Under the pieces are notes generated by a model. The model saw nothing but the letters and a program-made list of their open reading frames with translations, was not told the origin of the DNA and ran no database searches. This document shows, in pieces, positions 12,791-25,336 of a DNA stretch of 64,000 bases. Position numbers and translations under genes: made by a program. Each line of letters opens with the position of its first letter. The first letter of the stretch is position 1. This stretch comes from Mobula hypostoma (Eukaryota): positions 23,004,001 through 23,068,000 of the forward strand of contig NC_086097.1 in the NCBI RefSeq assembly GCF_963921235.1, given 5' to 3'.

Positions 12791-15054
12791 TCAGTTTTTT
12801 GAATAATGGAAGAGGCTTGGCAGAATAAGCCTGAGGCCTAGTTTTAGACTCGGTTGGGATTGAATTATAATATTTCTTCACTTAAAATGTTGAATTCTCT
12901 CCCAGAAGGGCTGGTGAGGTTCAATCATTGAATTCATTCAAACCAGATCAATAGGATTTATTTTGGACATCAGAAGAATTGGATATAAGGCAGAAAAATG
13001 GTGTTGAGGCCTAAGATCAGCCATGATGCTATTGACTATGGATCAGATTAGACGGGTCAGACTAACCCTAACTCTAATGCTGCTGTTATTTCTTTTGACA
13101 ATTAAACCATATAGTTTGATAAATGTAAAAAAATATATAATGAAGCAGATTTCGTTATAAGCAGTAATCAACATTGAGGCATTCGATCACAAGATACTTT
13201 CTCCTTAATAATATATCCAATTATTACATGAGCAAGTTTACATTGTGACAATCACCAGCCCTGGCAAAGTTTCCTATAACTGTTCAAAAAAATCCACAGA
13301 CTGAGTCTCAAAGTTAAAAGTATATCTATTATCAAAGTATGTAAACATGAAGCAACTTTGAGATCGGTCTCCTTACAGGCAGCCACTAAACAAGAAACCC
13401 AAAAGAACCCATTTAAAAAATGATCAACAAACACCCAATGCTCAGCGAGAGAGGGAAAAACACACACACATGCGCACACGCACACACACACACACACATT
13501 GTGTGAACAGTAAAAGCAAGCAACAGCATTCAGAATGAACGTGAGTCTATAGACACAAAGCCTGGAGTAGCCAGAGGGGGCCCGCAATCTCATCCACCCA
13601 CTTAGTTCCTTCAGCAGTTTGGTTTTTTTTGTGCTCCAGAACCCAGCATTTGCAGCCTCCTGTGCCTCCAAAACTATACGTATGACTTGGATCTATATTC
13701 AAAACTCTTTTTCCATTGTATCTGAACTCCTTGACCACAGGAAATGAACCATTCAACAGTATCCACTCTGATCCTGTTCAGGAACCTGAAGTAAAATAAT
13801 AATGAGCAGAATTACACGGGAACAGCAGGACCCAACCAAAGGAAAACACATTTAATAACATGTTCACCTCTCAAACTCCAACATCCACAATCTGTATTTT
13901 CAGTAATAGATTTTTTTCATATAGGTAGGTAGGTTTCAACAAGATTCATTGCTACAGGCAGCTATGGAGACCAATTCTTTATGTATACCTAAGACAGAAG
14001 TTGATAGATTCTTGATTGATCAGGGCATGAAGGGATACGGGGGTAGGGTGGTGGGGGGAGGAGGCAGGAGATTGTGGCTGAGAGGAAAAATGGATCACCC
14101 ATAATAAAATGACAGAGCAGACTCGATGGGCCAAATGGCCTGATTCTGCTCCTATCTCTTATGGTCTTATGGCCAAATGGCCATATTCTTCTCCCATGTC
14201 TTCTGGTCTTCTGTTGGGCAACCCTTTCAAAATGGAGCAAATAGACAGAATCTAACAGAGTGTTGGTACCAACCTGAATGAAATGTGAACTGTATCGATT
14301 TATTAAAGTACACCTGCTTCTCAAAATGGATAATTACTGTTCTTTGTAAAATCTTAAGAGAATGAGAAGGCCACTGGTATCATGTCTTATCAAAATAATT
14401 GTACCTTACAATTTTTTATCAATGTACTTTAGGGGGCTTAATTTTTAGGTGACTGGAGGAAAGTATAGTGGGAATGTCAGAGGAAAGCATTTTACGTAGA
14501 GATTGGTGATGCATGGAGCACCCTGCGAGGGGTAGTGCTAGAGGCTGATACATTAGCAACATTTAAGATACTACTCTTAGATAGGCACATGGACAGAAGA
14601 AAAAATAGAGGTCTGCATGAGAGGCAAGGGTCAGATTGAAGACCATAAGTCATAGGAACAGAATTAGACCATTAAGCTCATCGAGTCTTGCTCCAGCATT
14701 CCACCATGACTGAACTTAGAGTAGATTAAAATGTTGGCACAACATTGTGGACTGCATTACCTGCGCTGTGCTATAATGGTCTATGTTCTATGCTCTACTT
14801 CTGTCAGAACTTTCCAAAACTGTCTCCTGTTTGGAAATTACTTTCAGGTGTATGATATTGGTAGATGTGATTGCAGACAAGTGGTGGATCTGGGGTACTG
14901 TGGAGCTCAAAGACACAGGTGCAGAAATTCAGACCAGCAATTGATAAATTGACATTATGGTACCAGCTGCATCTTATACTTTAGAAGTCTGGTTACATTA
15001 ATATCTATGGAATTGCATGTTGTCAATATGACTTGCAGTTTGTTCTAACATGAG

Positions 15055-16120
15055 TACCTCATATTCTATCTTGGTAGGCTCCAACTTGATGACATCAACA
15101 TTGATTTCTCTAACCTCTGGTAACTAGTCTCCTCTGTATTCCCCTTCACAACTTATTTTTTCTTATTCCTCTGGCCCCTTCATTCCTTCTCTTTCCTCAT
15201 TCCCACCCTTACAAACTGCCCATCACCTATCCCCTCTCTTTCCTCATTCCCACCTTCACAACCTGCCCATAACCTATACCTTCTCTTTCCTCATTCTCAT
15301 CCTCACAACCCGCCCATCACCTATACCTTCCTTCCTCATTCCCACCTTCACAACCTGCCCATAACCTATACCTTCTCTTTCCTCATTCTCATCCTCACAA
15401 CCTGCCCATCACCTATACCTTCCTTCTTCATTCCCACCCTCACAACCTACCCATCACCTATACCTTCTCTTTCCTCATTCCCACCCTCACAACCTGCCCA
15501 TCACCTATACCTTCTTTCTTCATTCCCACCCTCACAACCTGCCCATCACCTATACCTTCTCTTTCCTCATTCTCATCCTCACAACCTGCCCATCACCTAT
15601 ACCTTCTTTCTTCATTCCCACCCTCACAACCTGCCCATCACCTATACCTTCTCTTTCCTCATTCTCATCCTCACAACCTGCCCATCACCTATACCTTCTT
15701 TCTTCATTCCCACCCTCACAACCTGCTCATCACCTATACCTTCTCTTTCCTCATTCCCACCCTCACACCCTGCCCATCACCTATACCTATTATTGCATGC
15801 TCTACTATCCCCTGCTATCAGATTCCACCTTGTTCAGCCTTTTGTCTCTTCCGGCTATTACTCCAGCTTCTTACACTATCCCCACTTCACCCCCACCCCC
15901 CTTTCCCTACCCTATTACCCTATGCACCTGAATTCACCTATCACCCATCAGCTTATCGATTTCTCCTCCCCTACCCTCTTCCTTTCCAGCCCTAGTGAAG
16001 GATCTTGGCCCAAAGTCTCAACTGTCCATTTCCCTCCATTCATACTGCCTGACCTGCTGAGTTCCTCTCAGCACTTTGTAAGCGTTGCTGCTGATTTCCA
16101 GCATTTGCAGAGTCTTGAGT
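15055..16120 (+). mobile_element. Penelope-like element 3' remnant containing a minisatellite
   Basis: Colinear with 4290-4820 (ctcatattc...ctccaac...gatttctctaac...). It ends with a degenerate hammerhead region and ctgcctgacctgctgagttcc. Confidence 0.75.
15185..15787. repeat. 45/47-bp minisatellite, about 13 copies
   Basis: Unit TATACCTTC(TC)TTTC(C/T)TCATTC(C/T)CA(C/T)CCTCACAACCTGCCCATCACC, with long and short units mostly alternating. Confidence 0.95.
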
Positions 16121-16215
16121 TTTGAAGTGTGTTCGCATGTCCATCTCATTCATGGTTTTGTTGGTTGCCTTCTTTTATTTATTTTGCTCTGTCCGCTCTC
16201 CGTGATCTCTTACCT

Positions 16216-16445
16216 GGGGCGGCACCGTAGCATAGCGGTTAAGGTAACAGTACTGCAGCCCCAGTGACGCGGGTACAATTCCCACTCCTGTCTGTGAGGA
16301 GCTTGTATGTTCCCTCCGTGAGCATGAGGGTTTCCTCCGGGTGCTCCCTCCACTTCCCTCCCACATTGAAAAGATAGAGGGTTAGTATGTTAATTGGTCA
16401 CGGGCTCATTGGCCGGAAGACCCTGTTACTGTGCTGGATCTGTAT
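16216..16445 (+). mobile_element. V-SINE (HE1-like)
   Basis: gggcggcaccgtagcatagcggttaag...gggtttcctccgggtgctcc...ttaattggtcac. Confidence 0.75.
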
Positions 16446-16465
16446 TTTAAAAAAACCTTCCCCAC

Positions 16466-16713
16466 TGTTCTGTTTTGTAACTTCAAAACATTACACTAAT
16501 TCAGGGGAAAACACAGGTGTCTGAAATGCGGATCTAACTTTGAGCTAACTTTAAGCGAGATGCGCGTCTATCATGTGGTAGCTTGATGACGTATGCAATT
16601 CATGTGTTTATACATTTAACTCATAATGAATTATTTAATCAAACAATAACACTTAATCAAACAATATATATACAAGATTACTCAAACATGACTTAAATAT
16701 TAAATACACAACA
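16466..16713 (-). mobile_element. Gypsy-type 3' LTR with adjacent polypurine tract
   Basis: TGTT...AACA inverted termini. On the minus strand GGATGGAGGGAGGG (PPT) immediately precedes TGTTGTG. The decayed sequence to ~17145 is probably internal region. Confidence 0.7.
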
Positions 16714-18407
16714 CCCTCCCTCCATCCTGTCCTCAACCTCGCAAGCTCAGTATTTGCGTGTGTAAAGCCTGGTTGCCATAGAAATCCATGAGGTTGAGGA
16801 CTGGACCAGCTTGGAAGTACACATTTGCTTTTCTTACATGAGAGCAAAGGTAACAGGCTCTTCTGGCCGATCCCATAATGAGGGCCGGAGCACCGTCTCA
16901 ATTCATTATGTTCATATAGTACTCCTTCAATACATGTGGCATGATCTGCCCCTCTTGTGGCAAAGGAGGTTTGTACAATCGAAGAATCTTTGTTGCAGAA
17001 GATCTGGTAGACTGCACCCTTGGTGTGCTGGTGATGGAAGTGGTAGGGATAGAGTTCATTAACAGGGATGTAGCTAGTTACAGAACATAATGCAATGTTC
17101 CATGACTGATCCTTGCAATTGTCTTTGATGAGGCAGGTATCCAAATTAAATGTTTTAATCTGGCACTTCCTGTGATGAACACAGAAATTATCTTAAGTAT
17201 TGGTATTAGTTTGTTATTAACACATGTACCAAGATACATGCTTGTGTTGCGTGCTGTTCAAACAGATTAAATCATCACACAGTGCTTTGAGGTAGAACCA
17301 AATAAAGCAATAACAATGCAGAATGAAGTGTAAAAACTACTGAAAAAGTGTAGTGCAGAAAAATGATAAAATGCAAGATCAGAACAAGGTTGATTGTAAG
17401 GCCAAGAGTCCATCTTGTCGGAGAAGGGGTTCTTTCAACAGTCAGATAATAGTGGGATAGAAGCTGTCCTTGAGAATGGTGGTACATGCATTAAGGCTAT
17501 TGTATCTTCTGCCTGATGATAGTGGGCAGAAGAGAGAATGCCCAAGCTGGGGGGGTCTTGGAAATGTTAGTTTCAGTTGCGATTAGATGGGACAAAGACT
17601 GATAACTACTTCATGAAGATCTCTTCAGTCTTTCCATGACATCTGGTATCACCCTTATCAACTGATAATGCTGTGTGTAATAAATAGGATTAATTCTAGT
17701 ACTTTGAACACTGGAGAGTTGTGGTTCAAAATCTTTACAGGAAATTAATTTTCCTGAAACAGTAATGAGGAACTGCTGAATGTGAGAGGTACCAACCTTC
17801 ACCTATCGTTGTCATCTTGTGGCTGAAGTCGGTGTAAGTGATTCCATGCCACCATTCCAAGACGGTTAGGAAGTCTTCCTGGTGCCTCATGTAGTATTTC
17901 CACCTGTAAGGACAGCAATAAAGCAGCAGGCGCCTTCTGTTGGCTACTCTATCCTTAGTACATACCATTGCATTTCCAAGAATTTGATGTGCTCTCTGGG
18001 ACATTGTTGACAGATGTGATAATATTGTACCTCAGTCATTTGTGCTAAATGTTCTGAGAATAATTGGATGTTGGTTGCACTCACCTATTGATATTTCCCA
18101 TCGTAAAGGCAAGCTCTTTTACTTTTTCAAAGAAAAATTCTCTTAAACAGATTTTTTTCCCTCTATTATTATGTATTGTATTGTACTGCTGCTGCCACAG
18201 ACAGCAAATTTCACGGCAAATGCTAGTGATATTAAATCTGATTCTGATTCTGATTTAGGTGGGCTAACTCCACAGCCAAATTTGAATTTTTCAACCAGAC
18301 TTTGCTGTAGAAATCACTGACCTTTCTTCTGCCTCTCTGCCCATCCATTCTGAGCCAGTTGTGCAGTTCGTATTGTGTCAAATATTGATTTTTTGCAAAG
18401 AAATAGG

Positions 18408-18645
18408 ATGGCGTGGTGGCATAGTGGCTTGTGTAACACTATCACAGGCTCAGAAACCCAGGTTCAGTTCTCACCACTGTCGGTACATTCACCCCGTGAT
18501 CATGTGGGTTTCCTCCGGCTGCTCCGATTTCCTCCCACATTCCAAAGACAGGCGGGATAGTAGGTTAATTGGTCACATGGGTGTAATTGGATGGCATGGG
18601 CTCATTGGGCCAGAAGGGCCTGTTACTATGTTGAATCTCTAAATC
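18408..18645 (+). mobile_element. V-SINE (HE1-like)
   Basis: A box gtggcatagtgg, B-box-like caggttcagttc, V core gggtttcctccggctgctccgatttcctcccacattccaaagac. Confidence 0.75.
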
Positions 18646-19760
18646 AAAAAAAAAGTTGAGAAGCTTAAACCACAAACAATTTCAGGGCCACAGCTGACAG
18701 CACTTTTAAACACTACACCAACAGAAGCTCATTTTGAACATTGAACATATAGCATTACAGTACAATATAGGCCTTTTTGCCCACAATGTTGTGCTGACCC
18801 TTTTAATCTACTCTAAGATCAGTCTAGCCCTTGCCTCCTACATAGAACCATTTTTCTGTTATCTGAGTGCCTGTGAGAAATTCTTAAATGCCCATCAGGT
18901 ATCAGCCTCTACCAGCACCCCTGGCAGTGCGTTCCTTGTACCAACCACTCTCTGTGTAAAACACCTACCCCTGATATCCCCCCTATATAGTTTTGTTCAA
19001 AATGTTATATCTCTTCATATTACCCATTAAGGCCCTGGGAAAAAGTCTTTGGCTGTCTAATCAGTTCTACGTCTTTTATCATCTTGTACACCTCTATTTG
19101 CTTAGATTCCCTCATTTCAAAGAACATGTGAGAAATTTAGGGAGCATTTCAAGTCCTCTGAGTGAACCGTTTTCTTGCAGGTACGTGCTATATACTGATG
19201 CAGCAGTCAGGCATGAGAAAGCTGGCAAATTATAGTCCATTTCCGATGACTTGCGACCAAATCTCACTTTGGTGGTGGACTGCATTGAAAATGCAGTCAG
19301 GAATGACTGGTTTAGGATTGCAGTATCTCACAAGATTAAATTGGGAATAAAGGCATAGAACTGCTCATTATATAATCAGACTGTTTTATGACCTGACAGA
19401 AATGATGTATTCAGGTATTTAAATGTTAAATATAGATAGTGAGATCTGTATTTCTGTAAAACACCCATGACATTTTTTGTAAATGCAGATAAAGTTAAAA
19501 TGAAGTTTTGCTCAGTTGCCCAGTCTTAACTTAATGCTCCTAAAATTCCAGACAACTAACAAACAAGGATTAGAAGACCTTGTGAAATTTCAGGTACATG
19601 TTATGTCCAGTGCTGAATGAATTCTCACAGTTTCAAAAAGCAGTCTGCCAAAAGCCAGCCTCATTCAGCAGAATGGCCCAAACCCACATTTCCAAGAACC
19701 ACGAGAGACATCGTTCACAAACCGAGCAGGAGTGTCTGTGTGTTCATAAAAACATGTATT

Positions 19761-19891
<131 letters not shown>

Positions 19892-20785
19892 TGCAGGGAG
19901 AGAATGTCTGCATATGTGTTTGTTGAGTACCTGTCTGCAAGTCAGAATCAGCTTTATTATCACTGACACACTGTATGTTGTGAGATTTGTTTTATAGCAG
20001 TGGGATATTAAAAGCCATAAAAAGAGATTCAAAGTTGCAATAAATAAATAAGTAAACAAACAGTGCAGAAGTGGAATAGTGAGATAGTGTTCTTGGCCTC
20101 GAGAAGAGGATGGTGAATCTGTGGAGTTCATTGCCACAGGCAGCTGTGGGGCCAGTTCACTGGGTGTATTTAGGGTGGAGGTTGACAGGCTCTTGGTTAG
20201 TCAGGGCATGAAAGGTTACGGGGAGAAGGCAGGAGAATGGGGTTGAGAGGGAAGTGAATCAACCATGATGAAATGGCGGAGAAGATGCGATGGACCAAAT
20301 GGCCTAATTCTGCTCCAATGTCTTATGGTCTAAGCAGACATGTCTTGGGTGGCAAGGGTCCTTAATCGGATGCATCACTTTGAGGCATCACCTTATGAAG
20401 ATGTCTTTGATGGTGGGCGGGGGGGGGGGGCTAGTCCCTATAATGGAGCTGGCTGAGTTTACAACCCTCTACAGCTTTTCCCAATCCTGTGCATTGGTGC
20501 CTTCGTACCAGATGGTGATGCAACCAATAAGAATGCTCTCCACGGTACATTTGTAGAAATTTGCTAGTCTTTGGTAACAAACCAAATCTCCTCAAAACAC
20601 CTAATAAAGCATAGCCACTGGCTCATTTTTCCCAATTCCATTAATGTAGTGGGTCACTAGGACATTACCTCACAGTTGTGCTCACTATTTTCATTACTTA
20701 TATATTTTTTATACTTCTTACAGTAACACGGTAACTTTTCTGTATTGCACTGTACTGCTACCACAAAACAACAAATTTCATGCAG

Positions 20786-21540
20786 TACACTGAGTGGTCG
20801 TTTTATGAGGTACATGAGATATCTAATAAAGTGGCCACTGAGTGTATGCTCATGATCTTCTGCTGCTTTAGTCTATCCATTTCAAGATTTGATGTGTTGC
20901 CTGTTCAGAGATGCCCTTCTGCACACCTCTGCTGTAATGCATGGCTATTTGAGTTACTGACTCCTTCCTTTTGGCTTAAACCAGTCTCTTCTGATCTCTC
21001 CCATTAACAAGGTATTTTCACCCGCAGAACTGCCGCTCACTGGATTTTTTTTTGTTTTTTTTCACTGTTCTCTGTAAGCTCCAGAGACTATTGTGCGTGA
21101 AAATCCCAGGAGATCAGCAGCTTCTCAAGTGTTCAAATTCCCATCTGGCACCAACAATCATTCCTCTGCCAAAGTAACACACATAAAAGTTGCTGGTGAA
21201 CGCAGCAGCCCAGGCAGAATCTCTAGGAAGAGGTACAGTCGTCTCGGCCCGAAATGTCGACTGTACCTCTTCCTGGAGATGCTGCCTGGCCTGCTGCGTT
21301 CACCAGCAAATTTTATGTGTGTTGCTTGAAATTCCAGCATCTGCAGATTTCCTTGTGTCTGCCAAAGTAACTTTGATCACATTTCTTCCTTATTCTGCCA
21401 TTTGGTCTGAGCAACAACTGAACTTCTTGACCATGTCTGCATGCTTTTATGCATTGAGTTGCTGCCAAGTGATTGGCTGATTAGATATCTGCATTAACGA
21501 GCAGATGTACAGGTGTACCTAATAAAGTGGCCACTGAGGA
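20786..21540. mobile_element. Non-autonomous Tc1/mariner element, interrupted by a Penelope fragment
   Basis: Termini TACACTGAGTGG...TTTATGAGGTAC and GTACCTAATAAAGTGGCCACTGAG. The body matches copies at 23293 and 52084. Confidence 0.75.
21179..21357. mobile_element. Fold-back Penelope pseudo-LTR insertion with 14-bp TSD
   Basis: TSD TCTGCCAAAGTAAC at 21165-21178 and 21358-21371. Inverted arms of ~65 bp flank the 3' half of the hammerhead (gtctcggcccgaaatgtc). Confidence 0.85.
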
Positions 21541-21829
21541 AACGTCACTGATAATAAACCTAATTCTGAGTGCTCAGGGAAGTCATGCTTTTTCAAGGAA
21601 GCTTGAAGATCGTCTTTAATCATTTCTTCTGACCGCCTTGTAATCTCTTACTTTGCAGCGCGAGGAATATTTTTTGTTCAGAGAGTCTGGCTCACAGCTG
21701 CTCTGGTAATCTTGGCTGTCAGCAGGACTGTAAGCAATGTAGATAGGAGATTGAACAGACAGATGAATAGTAGGTTAAATTTTGTGGAGAAAAGTACAGA
21801 AAGTGTTGACAGATGAAATATCAAAATAT

Positions 21830-22340
21830 GAGGGTGCAGAAGAGGTTCACCAGGATGCTGCCTGGCTTAGAGGGCATGTGCTATCGTGAGAGGCTCGATA
21901 AACTTGGGTTGATTTCTCTGGAGCGACAGAGGCTGAGAGGAGGTCTGATAGAGATTTACAAGATTATGAGAGGCATAGGTGGAGTGGTCAGAGATATCAG
22001 TTTCCCAGGGTTGAAATGTCTAATACCAGAGGGTATGCATTGAAGGTGAGATGGCGTAGGTTCAAGGGGAATGTGAGGGGTAAGTTTTTCACTCAGAGAG
22101 TGGATGGATGTCTGGAATGCACTGCCTGGTATGGTGGTACAGGCATTAGGGGCTTTTAAGAGGTGTTTGAATCGGCAAATGGATATAAGGAAAATGGAGG
22201 GATAAGGGATATGGACATGGTGTAAGTAGGAGGGATTAGTGTTTTAGTGTTTTTGACTTGCTTTTTAGCTGGTTTGGCACAGTATTGTGGGGCAAACGGC
22301 CTGTTCCTGTGTTCTATGAGAAATGATCTGTGTTCTATGT
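21830..22340 (+). mobile_element. CR1/HER1 LINE 3' fragment
   Basis: RVQKRFTRMLPGLEGMCYRERLDKLGLISLERQRLRGGLIEIYKIMRG. Confidence 0.85.
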
Positions 22341-23292
22341 CTATTAACACGAGAATACAATGAGAATGGAACTCATAAATGTGTTTCTTTTAAATTTGGG
22401 GAAGAGAAATTCTAAAGAGATATTCCTGAATCAGGCCTAATCATCAGTTAAATTCACAGAGTATCAGCTTTGAATTCTTCTGAAGCCATTTCCCAGAATA
22501 AATGATAGCAATTCAGATTCCATCTTATATTCTCAGCAGAATTTTCTTTTCCACGAATAATAGTCTGCCAGTTAGCTGCAGTGATGGCCCCCAAGACAAT
22601 TTAGACTCTGGTGTGTCCAAATCTGGATGCACCTCTTCAGAAAGGACATCAAGGTCATAAAGAGACTCACTAAACTTGACTTGCAAGGCTAATATTGATC
22701 GCCTTAGAGCACAGCTTAAGAGGACATTAATCAAGGTGTTCAAAATTCTGAGGGCTTTAGATAGAATTAATGGGGAGAAGCTTTCAATGAGCAGGTAAGA
22801 TGAAGACATAGATATCAGGTAATTAGCAGAAAGAACAAGGTGGCAGGGAGGTGAAAGGAGGGAGACAGACTAATTCAATAGTAACTATAATTGCAAAATT
22901 GGGTATGGTAAATGAATGAAATGGTTGGTGTGTGGAATGCACTGCCTGAGTCAGTAGTGGAGGCAGATACACTAGTGAAATTTAAGAGATTACTAGACAG
23001 ATATATGGAGGAATGTAAAGTGGGGGATTATATGGGTGGCAGGGTTAAGGGTCGGCACACTATTGTGGGCCGAAGGGCCTGTACTGTGCTGTACTATTCT
23101 ATATTCTATGTTCTATGAAATTATAGGCTATGAGAAAATAATGAGTTTTTGGGTTCAATTGCAAAATTCATTTTTGAGAAAACAGTATAACTAAGATAGG
23201 CCAAATGGATCCTGTGTTGATTTTAGTTCTATGACGCATTGTATAAGGCGTTTTTGTGATGAGACGAGAATTGGGAGACTATTCATTAAAAA

Positions 23293-24200
23293 TACACTTA
23301 GTGACCACTTTATTGTGTACCTCCTGTATGTAATAAAGGGGCCACTGTGTGTATCTTTGTAGTCTTCTGCTGCTGTAGCCCATCCATTTCAAGTTTCGAC
23401 ATGTTGTGCGTTCAGAGATACTCTTCTGCACACTGCTGTTCTTTGTTTGTGCATTACGTGGTGTTTCATATGTCATGGGCGATCATGGTCTTTCCATGAT
23501 CATGATTGTTCTTGGCAAATTTTCCTACTCAAGTGGTTTCTTCTGGCACTGTCCTTACAAGACAGGTGACCCCAGCCATTGGCTGCTTGGTATCAGTGGT
23601 CATATAACCAGGACTTGCGATATGTACCAGCTGCTTATAAAACCTGATCCCGTGGCTTCACGTGACCCTGACCAGGTGGGGGTGGGGGCGGAGATAAGCA
23701 GGCGCTACACCTTGCCCAAGGATGACCTGCAGGCTAGCGAAGGGAAGGAGAACCTTACATCTCCTTTGGTAGAGACGCATCTCTACCCCACCACCCTTAA
23801 CACTGTTTTGAGTTACTGTCACCTTCCTCTCAGTTTGAACCAGTCTGTTCACTCTCCTCTGATCTTTCTCATTAACAAGGCATTTTTATCTATAGAAATG
23901 CTGCTTGCTGGATGTTTCTGCACCATTCTCTGTAAACTCTGCAGACTGTCGTGTGAGAAAATCCCAGGAGATCAGCATTTTCTGAGATACTCAAATCACC
24001 CAGTCTGGCACCAACAATCATTCCATGGTCAAAGTCATTTAGATCACATTTCCTCCCCATTCTGATATTTGGTCTGAACAACAACTGACCCTCTTGACCA
24101 TGTCTACACACTTTTACGTATTGAGTTGTAGCCACATGATTGGCTGATTAGATATTTGCAATAACGAGCAGGTGCACAGGTGTCCCAAAATACTGAGTGT
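23293..24200 (-). mobile_element. Tc1-like element remnant with an inserted SINE
   Basis: TIR-like TACACTTAGTGACCACTTTATT. The minus strand encodes MGRKCDLNDFDHGMIVGARLGDLSISENADLLGFSHTTVCRVYREW, a Tc1 transposase N-terminal helix-turn-helix. Confidence 0.8.
23462..23797 (-). mobile_element. SINE with RTE-like 3' end
   Basis: The minus strand ends aaaccacttgagtaggaaaatttgccaagaacaatcatgatcatggaaagaccatgatcgcccatgacat. A homologous + strand copy lies at ~39440-39650. Confidence 0.55.
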
Positions 24201-24564
24201 AGATGTGACATGATACAGGTGCTGGAAACCATGAAAGATTGTAAATCTGTGAATATGGTAGATTCTGTCATTTGAATAGCTTGTGAGGAACAAGAAGACG
24301 CACACGTAAGATCGTGGAGAAAAGAATGGTGCATTTAGGGAATTTTTTTCTGTGGAAGGATGTCAGAACATGAAATGTGAAAAGTAATTTCTTGGGGGGA
24401 AAAGCAGGTAGGTATGATGAGATAGAAAGCTGTTTCAATGACAGGAAGACTAACATTTGCTGAACAATGCAAATCACATACCCGAGGAACTCAGCAGGTC
24501 TGGCAGTACATATGGAGGGAAATAGTTGGCACAGTAGTGTACCAGGTAGCGCAGTGCTTTACAG

Positions 24565-25336
24565 CAGCGGTCCCCAACCACTGGGCCATGGACCGGTACC
24601 GGGCTGCAGAGCATGTGCTACCGGGCCGCAAGGAAACGATACGAGTCAGCTGCACCTTTCCTCATTCCCTGTCACGCACTGTTGAACTTGAACATAGGGT
24701 TGCCAACTGTCACGTATTTGCCGGGACATCCCGTACATTGGCCTAAATTGGTTTGTCCCATACGGGACGGCCCTTGTCCTGTATTTCCCCCGCTAAGGTA
24801 GAGTGTTCTTATGAAACCTTTCGTGCCGAAATGGCGTGAAACGAAGAAGCAATTCCCATTAATTTATATGGGAAAAATTTTGAGCGTTCCTAGACACAAA
24901 AAAATAACCTACCAAATCATACCAAGTAACACATAAAACCTAAAATAACACTAACATATAGTAAAAGCAGGATTGATATGATAAATACACAGCCTATATA
25001 AAGTAGAAATAATGTATGTACAGTGTAGTTGGGAAGATGAAGGCAAAACTGATTTGTGGGGGAAAAAAATCAGCACGTACGCGCATGCGCATACAGGTGC
25101 CCGCGCAAGTCTTCATGGTCATGGTCGTCTTTCCTGGGGTAAGGTGTCCCGGGATTTGACTGCTACTTTTGTCCCTAATTTGGGAGTGAGAAAGTTGGCA
25201 ACCCTAACAGTAAAAGACATGTTGAGGCGAGTTTAATCCTACTTGAACACCGCCCCTCCCCCCCCCCCCGGTCAGCCGGTCCACAAGGATATTGTCAAAA
25301 ACCGGTCTGTGGTGCAAAAAAGGTTGGGGACCCCTG
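24565..25336. mobile_element. hAT (Charlie-like) non-autonomous element
   Basis: TIRs CAGCGGTCCCCAACC / GGTTGGGGACCCCTG. Perfect 8-bp TSD CTTTACAG at 24557-24564 and 25337-25344. It splits a V-SINE (~24526-25590). Confidence 0.92.
24695..25206. mobile_element. Nested hAT (Blackjack-like) MITE
   Basis: 14-bp TIRs TAGGGTTGCCAACT / AGTTGGCAACCCTA with subterminal GTCCCG/CGGGAC motifs. No TSD is visible. Confidence 0.8.

Noticed and set aside
16653..17144. 163-aa ORF next to the LTR as an intact retroviral gene
   Set aside because: It reads into the LTR and has no clear gag, protease, RT or integrase motif. At most it is decayed internal sequence.
23406..24065. 219-aa ORF, the longest in the track
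   Set aside because: It runs antisense through a Tc1 remnant and an inserted SINE and resembles no protein I recognise.
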